DNA of 38,686 nt from Candidatus Microgenomates bacterium (GTDB taxonomy: Bacteria; Patescibacteriota; Microgenomatia; UBA1406; GWC2-37-13): positions 1 through 38,686 of the forward strand of contig JBBILA010000001.1 of the NCBI GenBank assembly GCA_037445105.1. Reading direction: 5' to 3'. Shown piece by piece: positions 1 to 9,726 of this stretch (positions within the stretch are counted from its first letter, which is position 1; the number at the start of each line of letters is the position of its first letter). The notes beneath the pieces are model-generated. The model made no database searches, was not told where the DNA came from, and saw nothing but the letters and a program-made list of their open reading frames with translations. A program made the position numbers and the translations under genes.

Positions 1-201
1 TTATAAAAACGCGCTAAATAATTATTTTTGAGGCTATTTTTTTAAATATTTGCAATAAAATTATATTTAGTTTTAGATTATCTTATCAATCTAAATATTA
101 ATTTTTGAGGCTAAATTTTATCAGCATTATTTTAAAAATAAAAATAATATTTAGATTGTTAAATCAAGCTAAATAATCAAAAATAAAGCTAATTTATCAA
201 C

Positions 202-210
202 TTATCCACA
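202..210 (+). promoter_or_regulatory. Perfect DnaA box (TTATCCACA) in a 417-bp AT-rich non-coding region
   Basis: Exact match to the DnaA R-box consensus; only one perfect copy seen. Confidence 0.4.
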
Positions 211-417
211 AATAGATTGATATACTTTATGGAGTATAGTAACAATCCAAACTTTTATCTTTAGCTTCAATTTTTTGAAATTTTAATAAGTATCTTTAAA
301 TTTAAATTATTTAGATTAAATTTTATCCTATAGTTTTTTCACGTTCGTAGAAATAATTTACTATAGGATATTTATTCACGTCCGTAAAAAATCACACTTC
401 CCTCTTCCCTACATCTT

Positions 418-1230
418 TTACCAATTTAAAGAAAGCAAAACTACTATCAAAACAAATAAAAAAACAAAAATATATTCACGAATTGTTTCTTTAAAAAGTT
501 TTTCATCTAAAAAATGATAGATCAATCCGGAAATGGTATAAAAAGAAGCGGTCAAAAACAAAGCAGCAACTAAATTCTTTAAAGGAACAAAACTTACCAA
601 TACTCCTAACTCTAACATAATTAAGCTTGTCAAAAAGGCATTTTTTATCTCTTGAAACTCAAGATTTTTTTTAAGTTTAATACTCCAGTAAAGCTGAAGA
701 GATAAAAAATAAGAAATAATCCCTACTCCTAAGCCATTGATAAAAAATATCTGTTTAAAAGAAAAAAGAATGCTGTAGCCTAAAAAAGAGATTAAATTGA
801 TATAAAAATAATTGACAGAAAAAGCAGCTCGATAAAGCTGAAGACTCTTCTCTACTCCAATGTTAAAAATATTTGAAGAAAGCAAGACTCCATAATAAGA
901 AATTGCATAAAAAATGATAAAAGGCAGTCTTGTTAACCATCTGCTCGGTAGTAAAAAATAAGAAAGATAAAAAAACGAGGTCAAAACTATTGGTATAAAA
1001 AAAAGACCAAATAAATTAATTTTTTTTACTTTTTCTAAAATAGCTAAATAGCTTAATATAAAGCTAAAAAAAATTAAAAGAGGTAGAAAAAATAAAACCT
1101 TATCAAAATAAAAAAAAGTTGAGAAAAGCATTAATAAAGACAAAATTAAGACAGAAAAAACTAATCGAGTTCTTTTTTCTATCTTAATGATTTTTTTTTC
1201 AAAGATTAGTAAATACTTTTTGAACATCAT
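418..1230 (-). CDS. Multi-pass membrane protein of unknown function
   Basis: 270-aa ORF with many hydrophobic segments, overlapping the 3' end of yebC; start uncertain. Confidence 0.75.
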   Translation of the reverse strand: MMFKKYLLIFEKKIIKIEKRTRLVFSVLILSLLMLFSTFFYFDKVLFFLPLLIFFSFILSYLAILEKVKKINLFGLFFIPIVLTSFFYLSYFLLPSRWLTRLPFIIFYAISYYGVLLSSNIFNIGVEKSLQLYRAAFSVNYFYINLISFLGYSILFSFKQIFFINGLGVGIISYFLSLQLYWSIKLKKNLEFQEIKNAFLTSLIMLELGVLVSFVPLKNLVAALFLTASFYTISGLIYHFLDEKLFKETIREYIFVFLFVLIVVLLSLNW

Positions 1231-1909
1231 CTAAAGCCTCTAAATCCTCTATTAAAAGAGATAAACTTTCTAATTTTTTATCATCATCAATAACAATTGG
1301 TGATTGGGGCTTAAAATCAATATCAGCGGTATATTGATAATCTTTTAAAATATCTTTAACATGGCCAAGTTTGGAATAAGAAATATAGATATAAAAATTA
1401 TTTTCATCCTCATCAATATCAATAATCTCTAAGGCTTCAGCAAAATCTAAAATTTTTTCTTGAGTGATAGAAGATTTATTAATTGTGATTAAGCCGCATT
1501 TTAGAAAAAGATAAGAAACTGAGCCGTTATTACCCAACTTTCCCCCATGTTTTTCTAAAATATTTCTTATCTCACTTAAGGTTCTATTTTGATTGTCAGT
1601 ATGAGCTAAAATCATCAAACAAACGCCGTTTGGAGCAAAACCTTCATAAATCATCTCTTTAATCTCTGATTTATTTGGTCCTATTGCTCTATCAATTGCT
1701 CTTTTAATATTTTCTTTTGGCATATTAAAAGAATGGGCTTTTTCTATAGCTAAACGAAGTTTGACGTTGTTTTCCGGATCAGTAATTCCTCCGCCTTCTA
1801 AAACTGCTACAGTAATCTGGCGTGATAATTTAGAAAAAACATTAGATTTTAATTTATCATTGGCTTCTTTTTTTCTTTTGATGTTTGCCCATTTAGAATG
1901 ACCAGACAT
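1199..1909 (-). CDS. yebC: YebC/PmpR family protein
   Basis: N-terminal MSGHSKWANIKRKK, YEGFAPNGV, TDNQNRT and C-terminal LEALDDVQKVFTN motifs. Confidence 0.96.
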   Translation of the reverse strand: MSGHSKWANIKRKKEANDKLKSNVFSKLSRQITVAVLEGGGITDPENNVKLRLAIEKAHSFNMPKENIKRAIDRAIGPNKSEIKEMIYEGFAPNGVCLMILAHTDNQNRTLSEIRNILEKHGGKLGNNGSVSYLFLKCGLITINKSSITQEKILDFAEALEIIDIDEDENNFYIYISYSKLGHVKDILKDYQYTADIDFKPQSPIVIDDDKKLESLSLLIEDLEALDDVQKVFTNL

Positions 1910-1966
1910 AATATATAATTATACTTGACTTTTTCTAATTTTAAAATATACTAATCCTTAAACTCT

Positions 1967-2764
1967 ATGAATCAAAATAAAAATTTAGAACAAGTTGCCA
2001 TTGATGCCGCCATCAACTCAAATTGGGATGAAGCTATCAAAATCAATCAAGAGATAATTAAAAAAGATAAAAATAATCTTGAAGCTTATCTTCGCTTAGG
2101 CTTTGCCTACCTTCAAAAAAATAATATAAAAAAAGCTAAAAGTATCTATCAAAAAGCAAAAAAAATCCAACCAGACAATCATCTTATTATTGAAAATCTT
2201 GAAAAGATTAAAATTCTTGAGAGTAAAAAAATTAATTTTAATCAATCAGCAAATCTTAATCCTTATTTATTTTTAGATATTCCCGGAAAAACTAAATCAG
2301 TAGCTTTGGTTAATCTCGGACAAAAAGCGATTCTTGCCTCTTTATCAATCGGTCAAGAAGTCAATCTTCTTATAAAAAAAAGACGAATTGAGATAAGAAC
2401 TAAAAACAAAGAATATATTGGTTGCCTTCCTGATGATCTATCAAAAAGATTGATTATCTTTATTAAAGCCGGAAGCCGGTTTAGTTGTATTATCAAAGAA
2501 GCCAGTCTTAAAGAGGTAATTGTTTTTCTTAAAGAAGAAAAAAAAGGAAAAAAAGTGGCCCGATATGCCTCATTTCCTTTAAATATCCAAAATAATCTAA
2601 CCAACATTAACTCAGAAACTAATGAAGAAAAAACCGATGAAGAAACAGAAGAAATCTCTGATATTGAGTTAGAAAAACTGGCTGAGTCATTGTTAACCGA
2701 AGATAAAGAATACTTCTCTTACGAAAATATCAAAGAAGATGAAGAGGAAGATTATGAGGAATAA
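1967..2764 (+). CDS. TPR-repeat protein with C-terminal beta domain (HIRAN-like) and acidic tail
   Basis: TPR pattern (WDEAIKINQEII..AYLRLGFAY..AKSIYQKA); YIGCLPDDLSKRL resembles HIRAN; E/D-rich C-terminus. Confidence 0.75.
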   Translation: MNQNKNLEQVAIDAAINSNWDEAIKINQEIIKKDKNNLEAYLRLGFAYLQKNNIKKAKSIYQKAKKIQPDNHLIIENLEKIKILESKKINFNQSANLNPYLFLDIPGKTKSVALVNLGQKAILASLSIGQEVNLLIKKRRIEIRTKNKEYIGCLPDDLSKRLIIFIKAGSRFSCIIKEASLKEVIVFLKEEKKGKKVARYASFPLNIQNNLTNINSETNEEKTDEETEEISDIELEKLAESLLTEDKEYFSYENIKEDEEEDYEE

Positions 2765-2935
2765 TTAATTTTTCAATCTATAATGCTTTGGCTTATTTTT
2801 AAAAAAAATAATTGATCCTTTAATCTTGCTTATTGTTAAAAATTTTTCTATCTCTTTTGGCACTTGAAAATCTTTCATTGATCTTAAAGCTAAAATAAAA
2901 GAAAAAATAAAAATTAAAATAAACCAAAAAATCAT
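2765..2935 (-). CDS. Small single-TM protein (56 aa), not in ORF track
   Basis: Hand translation MIFWFILIFIFSFILALRSMKDFQVPKEIEKFLTISKIKGSIIFFKNKPKHYRLKN*; fills the gap and is co-oriented with upstream genes. Confidence 0.6.
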   Translation of the reverse strand: MIFWFILIFIFSFILALRSMKDFQVPKEIEKFLTISKIKGSIIFFKNKPKHYRLKN

Positions 2936-2951
2936 TTTAAAAAAAATTTTT

Positions 2952-3815
2952 TTAATTTACTGACCAAGATTTTTCTAAATCTCCTAATTTTATTATTATA
3001 TCAGAAATCTCGGGGTTCCCTATTTTAATCTGACAATCAAAAAATTTTTCAAATGTTTTACTAATTAATTTTTTATCTTTAGTGATTATCTGGCATTTTT
3101 GATAATCATTTTTATCATCTTTACTAATATCAACAACTTTTATCCCTTCACCGTCAATAATATTACTAATAAGAAAACTTGTTGAATAACTTTTCTGATA
3201 AAAGATTTGACATGTAAGAACATTTTGTCGGTTGCTTTTTTTGTAAAAAATTCCCTGATATTTTTGAAAAAACTCTTCTCTATCAAAAAATAGATCATTG
3301 TTTTTTCTAAAAGAAGGTAAAAAAGTAATTAATTTAAATTTTTTTTGATCCTTATTAATTAAATGAAAAAATAAAATCAATCTGTCAATAAAATTGGCAT
3401 TTGATCGGGAAAAAAAAACAAAAGAAAGCTCAGGAAAAATCTTTTGAGAAGAAGAATAATAAACCTCAGCCTTTCGTGGATAAAAATAAAGATTAACAAA
3501 AGAAGAAGTCGCTGAAGAAAAAGTTTTTCTAAAAATATCAGGATTTTTTTCTAAAAAAACTAATTTTCCTAAAGCGCCAATTCTATAATAACCATAACCT
3601 CCAGGAACAAGGATTTTGATGTTGTTAGAAAATTTAATAATATAGTTCAAATCATTTCTTGCTAAAGAAAAAACTAAAGGATTATCAGAATAAAAAACAA
3701 CATTGACCCTTTCCTTTTCGTTTAAAAAAACTGAATTTTGAAGATTTTTTATTAAAAAATAAAGAAAAAACAACAATAAAAAGATTAAATAATTGATTTT
3801 TTTAGACCAAGCCAT
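2952..3815 (-). CDS. Membrane-anchored protein, possible LytR C-terminal-like domain
   Basis: N-terminal TM; C-terminal GIKVVDI..C..C..SDIIIKLGD resembles LytR_C. Confidence 0.6.
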   Translation of the reverse strand: MAWSKKINYLIFLLLFFLYFLIKNLQNSVFLNEKERVNVVFYSDNPLVFSLARNDLNYIIKFSNNIKILVPGGYGYYRIGALGKLVFLEKNPDIFRKTFSSATSSFVNLYFYPRKAEVYYSSSQKIFPELSFVFFSRSNANFIDRLILFFHLINKDQKKFKLITFLPSFRKNNDLFFDREEFFQKYQGIFYKKSNRQNVLTCQIFYQKSYSTSFLISNIIDGEGIKVVDISKDDKNDYQKCQIITKDKKLISKTFEKFFDCQIKIGNPEISDIIIKLGDLEKSWSVN

Positions 3816-5529
3816 GTTCGATTTTTAATCTTTTAATTTTATTAACAATTGTTTCTTTATCTAAATTATGCCAACGATAAATTTTTTTAATAATTGACAA
3901 AGAAGCCTCAAATTCCGGATGAATAATTAAATTGACTCCTAAATCTTTCATTCTTTCCTGATCATTTTCTCTATGAATCCGGCTAATAATAAAAATATCT
4001 TTATTAAGTTTTCTCGCATTGATAATCACGGCTTCCTGAGTATTTTTATCAGGTAAAGCTAAAATTAAAATTCTTGCCTCTTCAATCTGAGCATAATCTA
4101 AAATATCAATATCTGAAGGATCACCATAGATAATATTTACGCCTTCTTTTTTTGCCTTTTCAACAACAGAAAAATTATAATCTATTGCCAAATAAGGAAT
4201 ATTAACCATCATTAATGATCGACCAATATACTTCCCTACTCTACCATAACCACAAATAACCACATGATCTTTAATTTTTATTTCATCAATCGGCGATTGA
4301 TTGCTATCAATCTTATAAAAAATAAAAGTATCCAAAAAAGAAAGATTTTTTTTAATGAAATCTCTAATTTTCTGATAAATAAGGTCTTTATTTTTGATAA
4401 TCAACGGAGTAATCATAAGACTAAAAAGAGTCGCTGAAATCACAAAAAGATAATCTTTGGAAGAAATAAGATTTTTTGCTAAAGCTGTTGACATCAAAAT
4501 AAAAGCATCCTCATCTATTTGAAAAAGATACAAACCTAAATTAAAACTTATTTTTGAATGAAATCTCAAAAAGATGAAAATAAATAAAATAATTAAAAAT
4601 TTAACCATCATAACTATAAAAGAAAATAAAAAAATAGAAGGAAGTAGATTAAAAATCTGTCCTAAATTAATATTAGTGCCAATAAAAATAAAAAAAATAA
4701 CCGCTAAAATATCTCTAATTGGCCTTATTTGAGTGAATATATGATGGTACTCAATTGTCTGGGCTAATAAAACACCGGCGATAAAAAAAGCAATAAGAGT
4801 GGGAATTTTTAAAAATAAAGAAAAAGAACTGATAAAAAAAATAAAAATAATAATAAAAAAATTTAAAAGCTCTCTTGATGACCGAGCTACTTTATCAAAT
4901 AGATAAGGAATAATTTTTTTTCCTAAATAAAAAAGAAATAAAATAATTAAAGACGATTCAATTAAACTAAAAAAAATATTTCCTGAGATTTTAAGAAAAG
5001 ATGTTTCACCAACAGTGATTGAATTAAAAATAATCAAATAAGGAATAAAAGCAATATCTTGAAAAAGAAGAATTCCCATTGCCAAACTACCCAAAAATGA
5101 CGACTCCTCTCCCCTATCTTGAATGATTTTAGCAATAATTGTTGTTGATGAAGAAGATAAAGCCATCCCAATTAAAACAGAGGTTAAAAAAGAAAATTTA
5201 AATAGTAAAGAGATTAAAAAAATAAAAATGATTGATAAAAGAAGTTGGAGACTGCCAGCAATCAAAATAATTCTTTTTAGATTAAAAATCCTTGAAAAGT
5301 TAGTCTCAAGACCAACAGTAAAAAGTAAAAACAAAATTCCAAAATAAGCAAAATTTTTTATTGGTTCAAAAATTGGAGAATGATTAATAAAACCACCTAA
5401 AAAAATTCCGCCGATTATATAACCGACTAAAACCGGAAGCTTTAATTTCTTAAAAATAACAGCAAATAAAAAAGGAATAAATAAAAAAACAAAAAAATTA
5501 AAAACAAGCTGAAAGGAAATCTCTTCCAT
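3802..5529 (-). CDS. CPA2 cation:proton antiporter with TrkA-N (RCK) domain (KefB/KefC-like)
   Basis: GILFLLFTVGLE, ALSSSSTTI, GILLFQD and C-terminal HVVICGYGRVG, IYGD motifs. Confidence 0.92.
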   Translation of the reverse strand: MEEISFQLVFNFFVFLFIPFLFAVIFKKLKLPVLVGYIIGGIFLGGFINHSPIFEPIKNFAYFGILFLLFTVGLETNFSRIFNLKRIILIAGSLQLLLSIIFIFLISLLFKFSFLTSVLIGMALSSSSTTIIAKIIQDRGEESSFLGSLAMGILLFQDIAFIPYLIIFNSITVGETSFLKISGNIFFSLIESSLIILFLFYLGKKIIPYLFDKVARSSRELLNFFIIIFIFFISSFSLFLKIPTLIAFFIAGVLLAQTIEYHHIFTQIRPIRDILAVIFFIFIGTNINLGQIFNLLPSIFLFSFIVMMVKFLIILFIFIFLRFHSKISFNLGLYLFQIDEDAFILMSTALAKNLISSKDYLFVISATLFSLMITPLIIKNKDLIYQKIRDFIKKNLSFLDTFIFYKIDSNQSPIDEIKIKDHVVICGYGRVGKYIGRSLMMVNIPYLAIDYNFSVVEKAKKEGVNIIYGDPSDIDILDYAQIEEARILILALPDKNTQEAVIINARKLNKDIFIISRIHRENDQERMKDLGVNLIIHPEFEASLSIIKKIYRWHNLDKETIVNKIKRLKIEHGLV

Positions 5530-5570
5530 AATAACTAGTATATCTACACCATCCCTTTTTTGCCAATCCT

Positions 5571-5591
5571 ATTTAACCGAGTCGGTTAAAT
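5571..5591. promoter_or_regulatory. Perfect palindrome ATTTAACCGA-G-TCGGTTAAAT (operator or hairpin)
   Basis: 10-bp perfect inverted repeat in the intergenic region upstream of the antiporter promoter. Confidence 0.45.
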
Positions 5592-5604
5592 AATTGGTGG
5601 CAAA

Positions 5605-5970
5605 TTATTTGCGAAGTTTTTTTTCACAATCAATGCAATATGCGGCTTCTGGAATTAGTTTTAATCTTGCTTGAGGAATAATTTTTTGACATTTTTCACA
5701 AACTCCATAACCACCTTTTAATATCTTTCTTAAAGCAATATCAATATCTTCAATCTTTTTTTCTAAATCTTTTATTTGAGCCTCAATTGTTTCATGACCT
5801 ACCTGTTCTCTTACGTCAGTATCAACTGCAGCATTGTCTGAAGCATGATCAGGATCGGTAAAAGGATCATCTTTTTTTAATTCTTCAATCTGTTGAAGAC
5901 TTTTCTCTTTTTCTTTCAATAACTTTTCTTTTTGCTCTAAAATAAATTTTTTCGATAATTTTTTGTCCAT
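5605..5970 (-). CDS. TraR/DksA C4-type zinc finger protein
   Basis: GYGVCEKC..IPQARLKLIPEAAYCIDC; start probably the ATG at 5970 (MDKKL). Confidence 0.9.
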   Translation of the reverse strand: MDKKLSKKFILEQKEKLLKEKEKSLQQIEELKKDDPFTDPDHASDNAAVDTDVREQVGHETIEAQIKDLEKKIEDIDIALRKILKGGYGVCEKCQKIIPQARLKLIPEAAYCIDCEKKLRK

Positions 5971-6745
5971 AATTTTTGCCAACTTTTAAAAAAGTTAAAA
6001 TATTGCTCCTAAAATAATAAACAAAATACAAGCTCGTTGTCAATAAGAAAAATCCGGAAACAATAAAATTAAAACTATATTTTAGAAAATATAAATGATT
6101 TTCCTTTAATTTGTCAAATAAAAAAGTCACTAAAGAAAAATACCAAATTGCAAAATAAAAAAGAAAACCTTTAAAAAACTTTTCTTTTCTTATCTCATAA
6201 AGAAGTCGCTGACTGATAAAAACACTAAATAAAAAAAATAACCCTTCATAAAAAGCTGTTAAATGACGAAAATTATCAAAACCTAAATATCTCGTTTTAA
6301 GAAAAAAATTGGTTATTGTTCCTACTTCTTCTCCAGAAAAAAAACTACCAATTTTTCCAAAAAAAAGCATCGTAAAAAAAGGAGTGATAAAATAATCTAT
6401 CGCTTCAAAAAAATTAATCTTTTTTGATAAGAAAAATAAATATAAAAAAAAGATAAAACCAAAAATAAATCCTATCAAAGATAGTCCCGGATAACCATTA
6501 ATCAAAATAAATTTTAAAAAATTAAAACCAAAGTCTTTAAAATTTAAAATCACATATACAAATCTTGAAAAAAACAAACCAAAAAAAATCGACAAAAAAA
6601 CTCCATCAAACATCTCTTCTTCTTTATAAGAAGTCAAACGGATATTTTTCCAAAAAACAAAAAGCGACCAAAAAAAACCCAATACTAAAAATACCCCAAA
6701 GGTATAAATTTTTATAAATTTAAAATCAAATAATACCGGCAACAT
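5885..6745 (-). CDS. lgt: Prolipoprotein diacylglyceryl transferase (Lgt)-like protein
   Basis: MLPVLF..IYTFG, SRFVYV, GLS, GKIGSFFSGEEVG, RHLTAFYE follow the Lgt pattern, but signature residues are divergent. Confidence 0.7.
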   Translation of the reverse strand: MLPVLFDFKFIKIYTFGVFLVLGFFWSLFVFWKNIRLTSYKEEEMFDGVFLSIFFGLFFSRFVYVILNFKDFGFNFLKFILINGYPGLSLIGFIFGFIFFLYLFFLSKKINFFEAIDYFITPFFTMLFFGKIGSFFSGEEVGTITNFFLKTRYLGFDNFRHLTAFYEGLFFLFSVFISQRLLYEIRKEKFFKGFLFYFAIWYFSLVTFLFDKLKENHLYFLKYSFNFIVSGFFLLTTSLYFVYYFRSNILTFLKVGKNYGQKIIEKIYFRAKRKVIERKREKSSTD

Positions 6746-6786
6746 ATTTTTTTAGTATAATTGATTGTTATCAAAAAGACAATCCT

Positions 6787-7800
6787 ATGAGAATTTTAAT
6801 TACTGGTGGAATCGGTTTTATTGGAACAAATACAGCAAAATATTTTGCTAAAAATAAAAATAATCAAATAACAATTATTGATAATTTTTCACGACCCCAA
6901 GTTGAAATTAACGCCTCATTTTTAAAGAAAAATTTTTCTAATATAGAGATTATTAAAACTGATGTGGGTGATATTAAAAAATATGAAAAAGAATTAAAAA
7001 AAACTGATGTCATTATTCATTTAGCTGGTCAAACAGCAGTGACAACCTCAATTAAGAATCCATTAAAAGACTTTCAAGACAATCTTTATCAATCATTTTT
7101 CCTTCTTGATTATCTAAGAAAAAATCATCCTCAGACAATTTTAATTTATTCATCAACTAACAAAGTTTACGGTGATCTAAAAAACCATCAATTAAAAAAA
7201 GATGTTAAAAATAAACGCTATTTTGATATCTGTCATCCGCAAGGAATTGATGAAAATACTAATCTAAATTTTATCTCTCCTTATGGTTGTTCAAAAGGAG
7301 CAACTGACCTTTATTTTTTAGATTACGCCCGAGTTTTTGATTTAAAAACCGTTGTTTTTCGCCAGTCATGTATTTATGGAGAACATCAATTAGGTGTTGA
7401 AGATCAAGGATGGGTAGCTCATTTTAGTAAACAATTTCTTTTTAAGAAAAAAATCAATATCTTTGGTGACGGTTATCAAGTAAGGGATCTTTTATATGTT
7501 GAGGATTTAATTGAAGCTTATGAAAAAGCAATAAAAAACATTAAAAAAGTAAAAGGAGAGGTCTTTAATATTGGTGGTGGAATAAAAAATAGTTTTTCTC
7601 TTCTTCAAGTAATTGATATTCTTGAAAAAAACTTCGGTTATAAAATAAAAATTAATTATTTTCCTTCTCGACTTGGTGATCAAAAATTTTTTGTTTCTAA
7701 TAATTCAAAAATAAAAAAACTTCTTAACTGGAAACCAAAAACTAATTTTAAAACAGGTTTAAAAAAATTAATCCACTGGCAAAAAGAAAACTTAAAATGA
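6787..7800 (+). CDS. NAD-dependent nucleotide-sugar epimerase, CDP-paratose 2-epimerase (RfbE)-like
   Basis: GGIGFIG, HLAGQTAVTTS, SSTNKVYG, SPYGCSKG, FRQSCIYG, GVEDQGWVAHF. Confidence 0.88.
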   Translation: MRILITGGIGFIGTNTAKYFAKNKNNQITIIDNFSRPQVEINASFLKKNFSNIEIIKTDVGDIKKYEKELKKTDVIIHLAGQTAVTTSIKNPLKDFQDNLYQSFFLLDYLRKNHPQTILIYSSTNKVYGDLKNHQLKKDVKNKRYFDICHPQGIDENTNLNFISPYGCSKGATDLYFLDYARVFDLKTVVFRQSCIYGEHQLGVEDQGWVAHFSKQFLFKKKINIFGDGYQVRDLLYVEDLIEAYEKAIKNIKKVKGEVFNIGGGIKNSFSLLQVIDILEKNFGYKIKINYFPSRLGDQKFFVSNNSKIKKLLNWKPKTNFKTGLKKLIHWQKENLK

Positions 7801-8921
7801 AGATTTTATTTTTTTCGCCATATTTTTATCCTTATACTTCTGGTTTAACTACTTACCCAAAAAAACTCTTACTTTATCTTTCAAAAAAACATCAAATCAC
7901 TGTTTTAACATTTCCTCACAAAAAAGATCTTAAAAATTTTTCTTTAAATCAAAATCTAAAAATTATCTATCTCCCCTATCTTTTTAGAATATCAAAAGGT
8001 TTTATCTCTTTTTGCTCTTTCTTTTATTTTTCAAAATATACTTTGAATAATGATTTAGTTATCATTAATCTTCCAAATTTTGAGGGATTTCCTTTGTCAA
8101 TTATCGCTAAACTTTTCAAAAAAAAAGTAATCACTCTTTTTCATTGTCAAGTATTTTTGCCAAAAAATTTCTTTAATCAAATTATTAATTTTTTTCTTAA
8201 TCTTTCGGTTTATTTACAATTATATTTTTCAAATAAAATTGTTGTTTATACCAAAGATTATTTTTTTTCTCTTTCTTTTTCAAAAAAATTTCAAAAAAAA
8301 GTTTTAGAAATTTTGCCGCCAATTGAAAAATTATCAGTTAATAAAAATTATTATCAAAAATTAAAAAAACAAAATCAGAAAAAAATTTTAATCGGGTTTT
8401 CAGGAAGAATATCTCAAGAAAAAGGGATCGAATATTTGATTGAAGCAATAAAAGATTTAAAAAATACTAAACTTTTATTGGCTGGTCCTTTTGGGAAAGA
8501 GGTTGTCGGTGAAGAAAAATATTTTGAAAAAATTTTAAAACTTTTAAAAAAATATCGAATCGACTATCAACTTTTAGGCAATCTTAAAAATTCTCACTTA
8601 GGCGCTTTTTATAAATCAATTGATGTTTTGGTTTTGCCTTCAGTCAATCAAACTGAGGCTTTTGGGATGGTCCAAGCTGAAGCGATGCTTTCTGGAACAC
8701 CGGTTATTGCCTCAAGTCTTGCCGGAGTCCGCCAACCAATAAAATTAACAAAAATGGGAATTATTGTCCCACCTAAAGATTCAAAAGCGATAAAAAATAC
8801 TCTTATTAAAATTATTAAAAATAGAAAAAAATACACTAATAAAAAACTTATTAAAAAAGCCCAAGAGATTTTTGATATTAATAAAGTTTTTCAATTTTGG
8901 GAAAAAATTATAAAATTATAA
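7797..8921 (+). CDS. Glycosyltransferase family 4
   Basis: GRISQEKG and EAFGMVQAEAMLSGTPVIAS motifs. Confidence 0.92.
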   Translation: MKILFFSPYFYPYTSGLTTYPKKLLLYLSKKHQITVLTFPHKKDLKNFSLNQNLKIIYLPYLFRISKGFISFCSFFYFSKYTLNNDLVIINLPNFEGFPLSIIAKLFKKKVITLFHCQVFLPKNFFNQIINFFLNLSVYLQLYFSNKIVVYTKDYFFSLSFSKKFQKKVLEILPPIEKLSVNKNYYQKLKKQNQKKILIGFSGRISQEKGIEYLIEAIKDLKNTKLLLAGPFGKEVVGEEKYFEKILKLLKKYRIDYQLLGNLKNSHLGAFYKSIDVLVLPSVNQTEAFGMVQAEAMLSGTPVIASSLAGVRQPIKLTKMGIIVPPKDSKAIKNTLIKIIKNRKKYTNKKLIKKAQEIFDINKVFQFWEKIIKL

Positions 8922-8943
8922 GGACAGTCCTTGAAAATAGTTT

Positions 8944-9726
8944 ATGAAAAAAAGTAAAAAATATTTTATTGAAAAATATCTTCAGAATCGACCATTATTT
9001 TTTTCTTTAATAAGACCTCTTGAAGCTGATTTTTTTCAAAAAACAAAAAAATTAATTCACTCCCCTTCTCTGGATTTTGGCTGTGGTGATGGTTTTTTTG
9101 CTCAAGTAACTTTTGGAAAAAGAAAAATTGATATTGGGCTGGATTTAGAAAAAAACCAACGGGTTAATGAGACAATAAAAAATAAAGTCTATAAAAAAAC
9201 AATTTTATATGATGGCAAAAAAATCCCTTTTAAAAATAATTATTTTAAAACCATTATTTCAAATTGTGTTTTGGAACATATTCCCGATCTTGAATTTTCT
9301 CTTAAAGAAATATATCGAGTGATGAAACAGAATGGTTTTTTTATTACCTCGGTGATGGCTGATAACTGGGAAAAATATCTTTTTGGAAAAAAAATTTTTG
9401 GAAAATTTTATCTTTCTTTTATGCGAAAAAAACAAGAACATTATCATCTTTTTTCTTTAAAAAAATGGCAAAAAATATTTGAAAAGACTGGTTTTAGAGT
9501 TGTTAAGGTTTATCCTTATCTTAATTCAAAACAAGCTATTTTTCTTGATCTTTTCCATTATCTTTCTTTTCCTTCACTTTTTTCTTATATTTTCTTTAAA
9601 AAATGGGTTATTTTTCCAAAATGGTATAAATTTTTAAAAGTAGAAAACTTTATTGATAAAATTTTAAAAGAAAAAACCACCGTTAAAAAATCCGCCGCGT
9701 TGTTTTTTGTTTTAAAAAAAATATGA
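8944..9726 (+). CDS. Class I SAM-dependent methyltransferase
   Basis: LDFGCGDG, SNCVLEHIPD. Confidence 0.88.
   Translation: MKKSKKYFIEKYLQNRPLFFSLIRPLEADFFQKTKKLIHSPSLDFGCGDGFFAQVTFGKRKIDIGLDLEKNQRVNETIKNKVYKKTILYDGKKIPFKNNYFKTIISNCVLEHIPDLEFSLKEIYRVMKQNGFFITSVMADNWEKYLFGKKIFGKFYLSFMRKKQEHYHLFSLKKWQKIFEKTGFRVVKVYPYLNSKQAIFLDLFHYLSFPSLFSYIFFKKWVIFPKWYKFLKVENFIDKILKEKTTVKKSAALFFVLKKI

Noticed and set aside
2353-2607. 84-aa minus-strand ORF
   Set aside because: Antisense shadow wholly within the TPR gene, no motif.
5123-5347. 74-aa plus-strand ORF
   Set aside because: Antisense to the antiporter.
8648-9447. Two 62-aa minus-strand ORFs
   Set aside because: Antisense to well-supported GT4 and methyltransferase genes.
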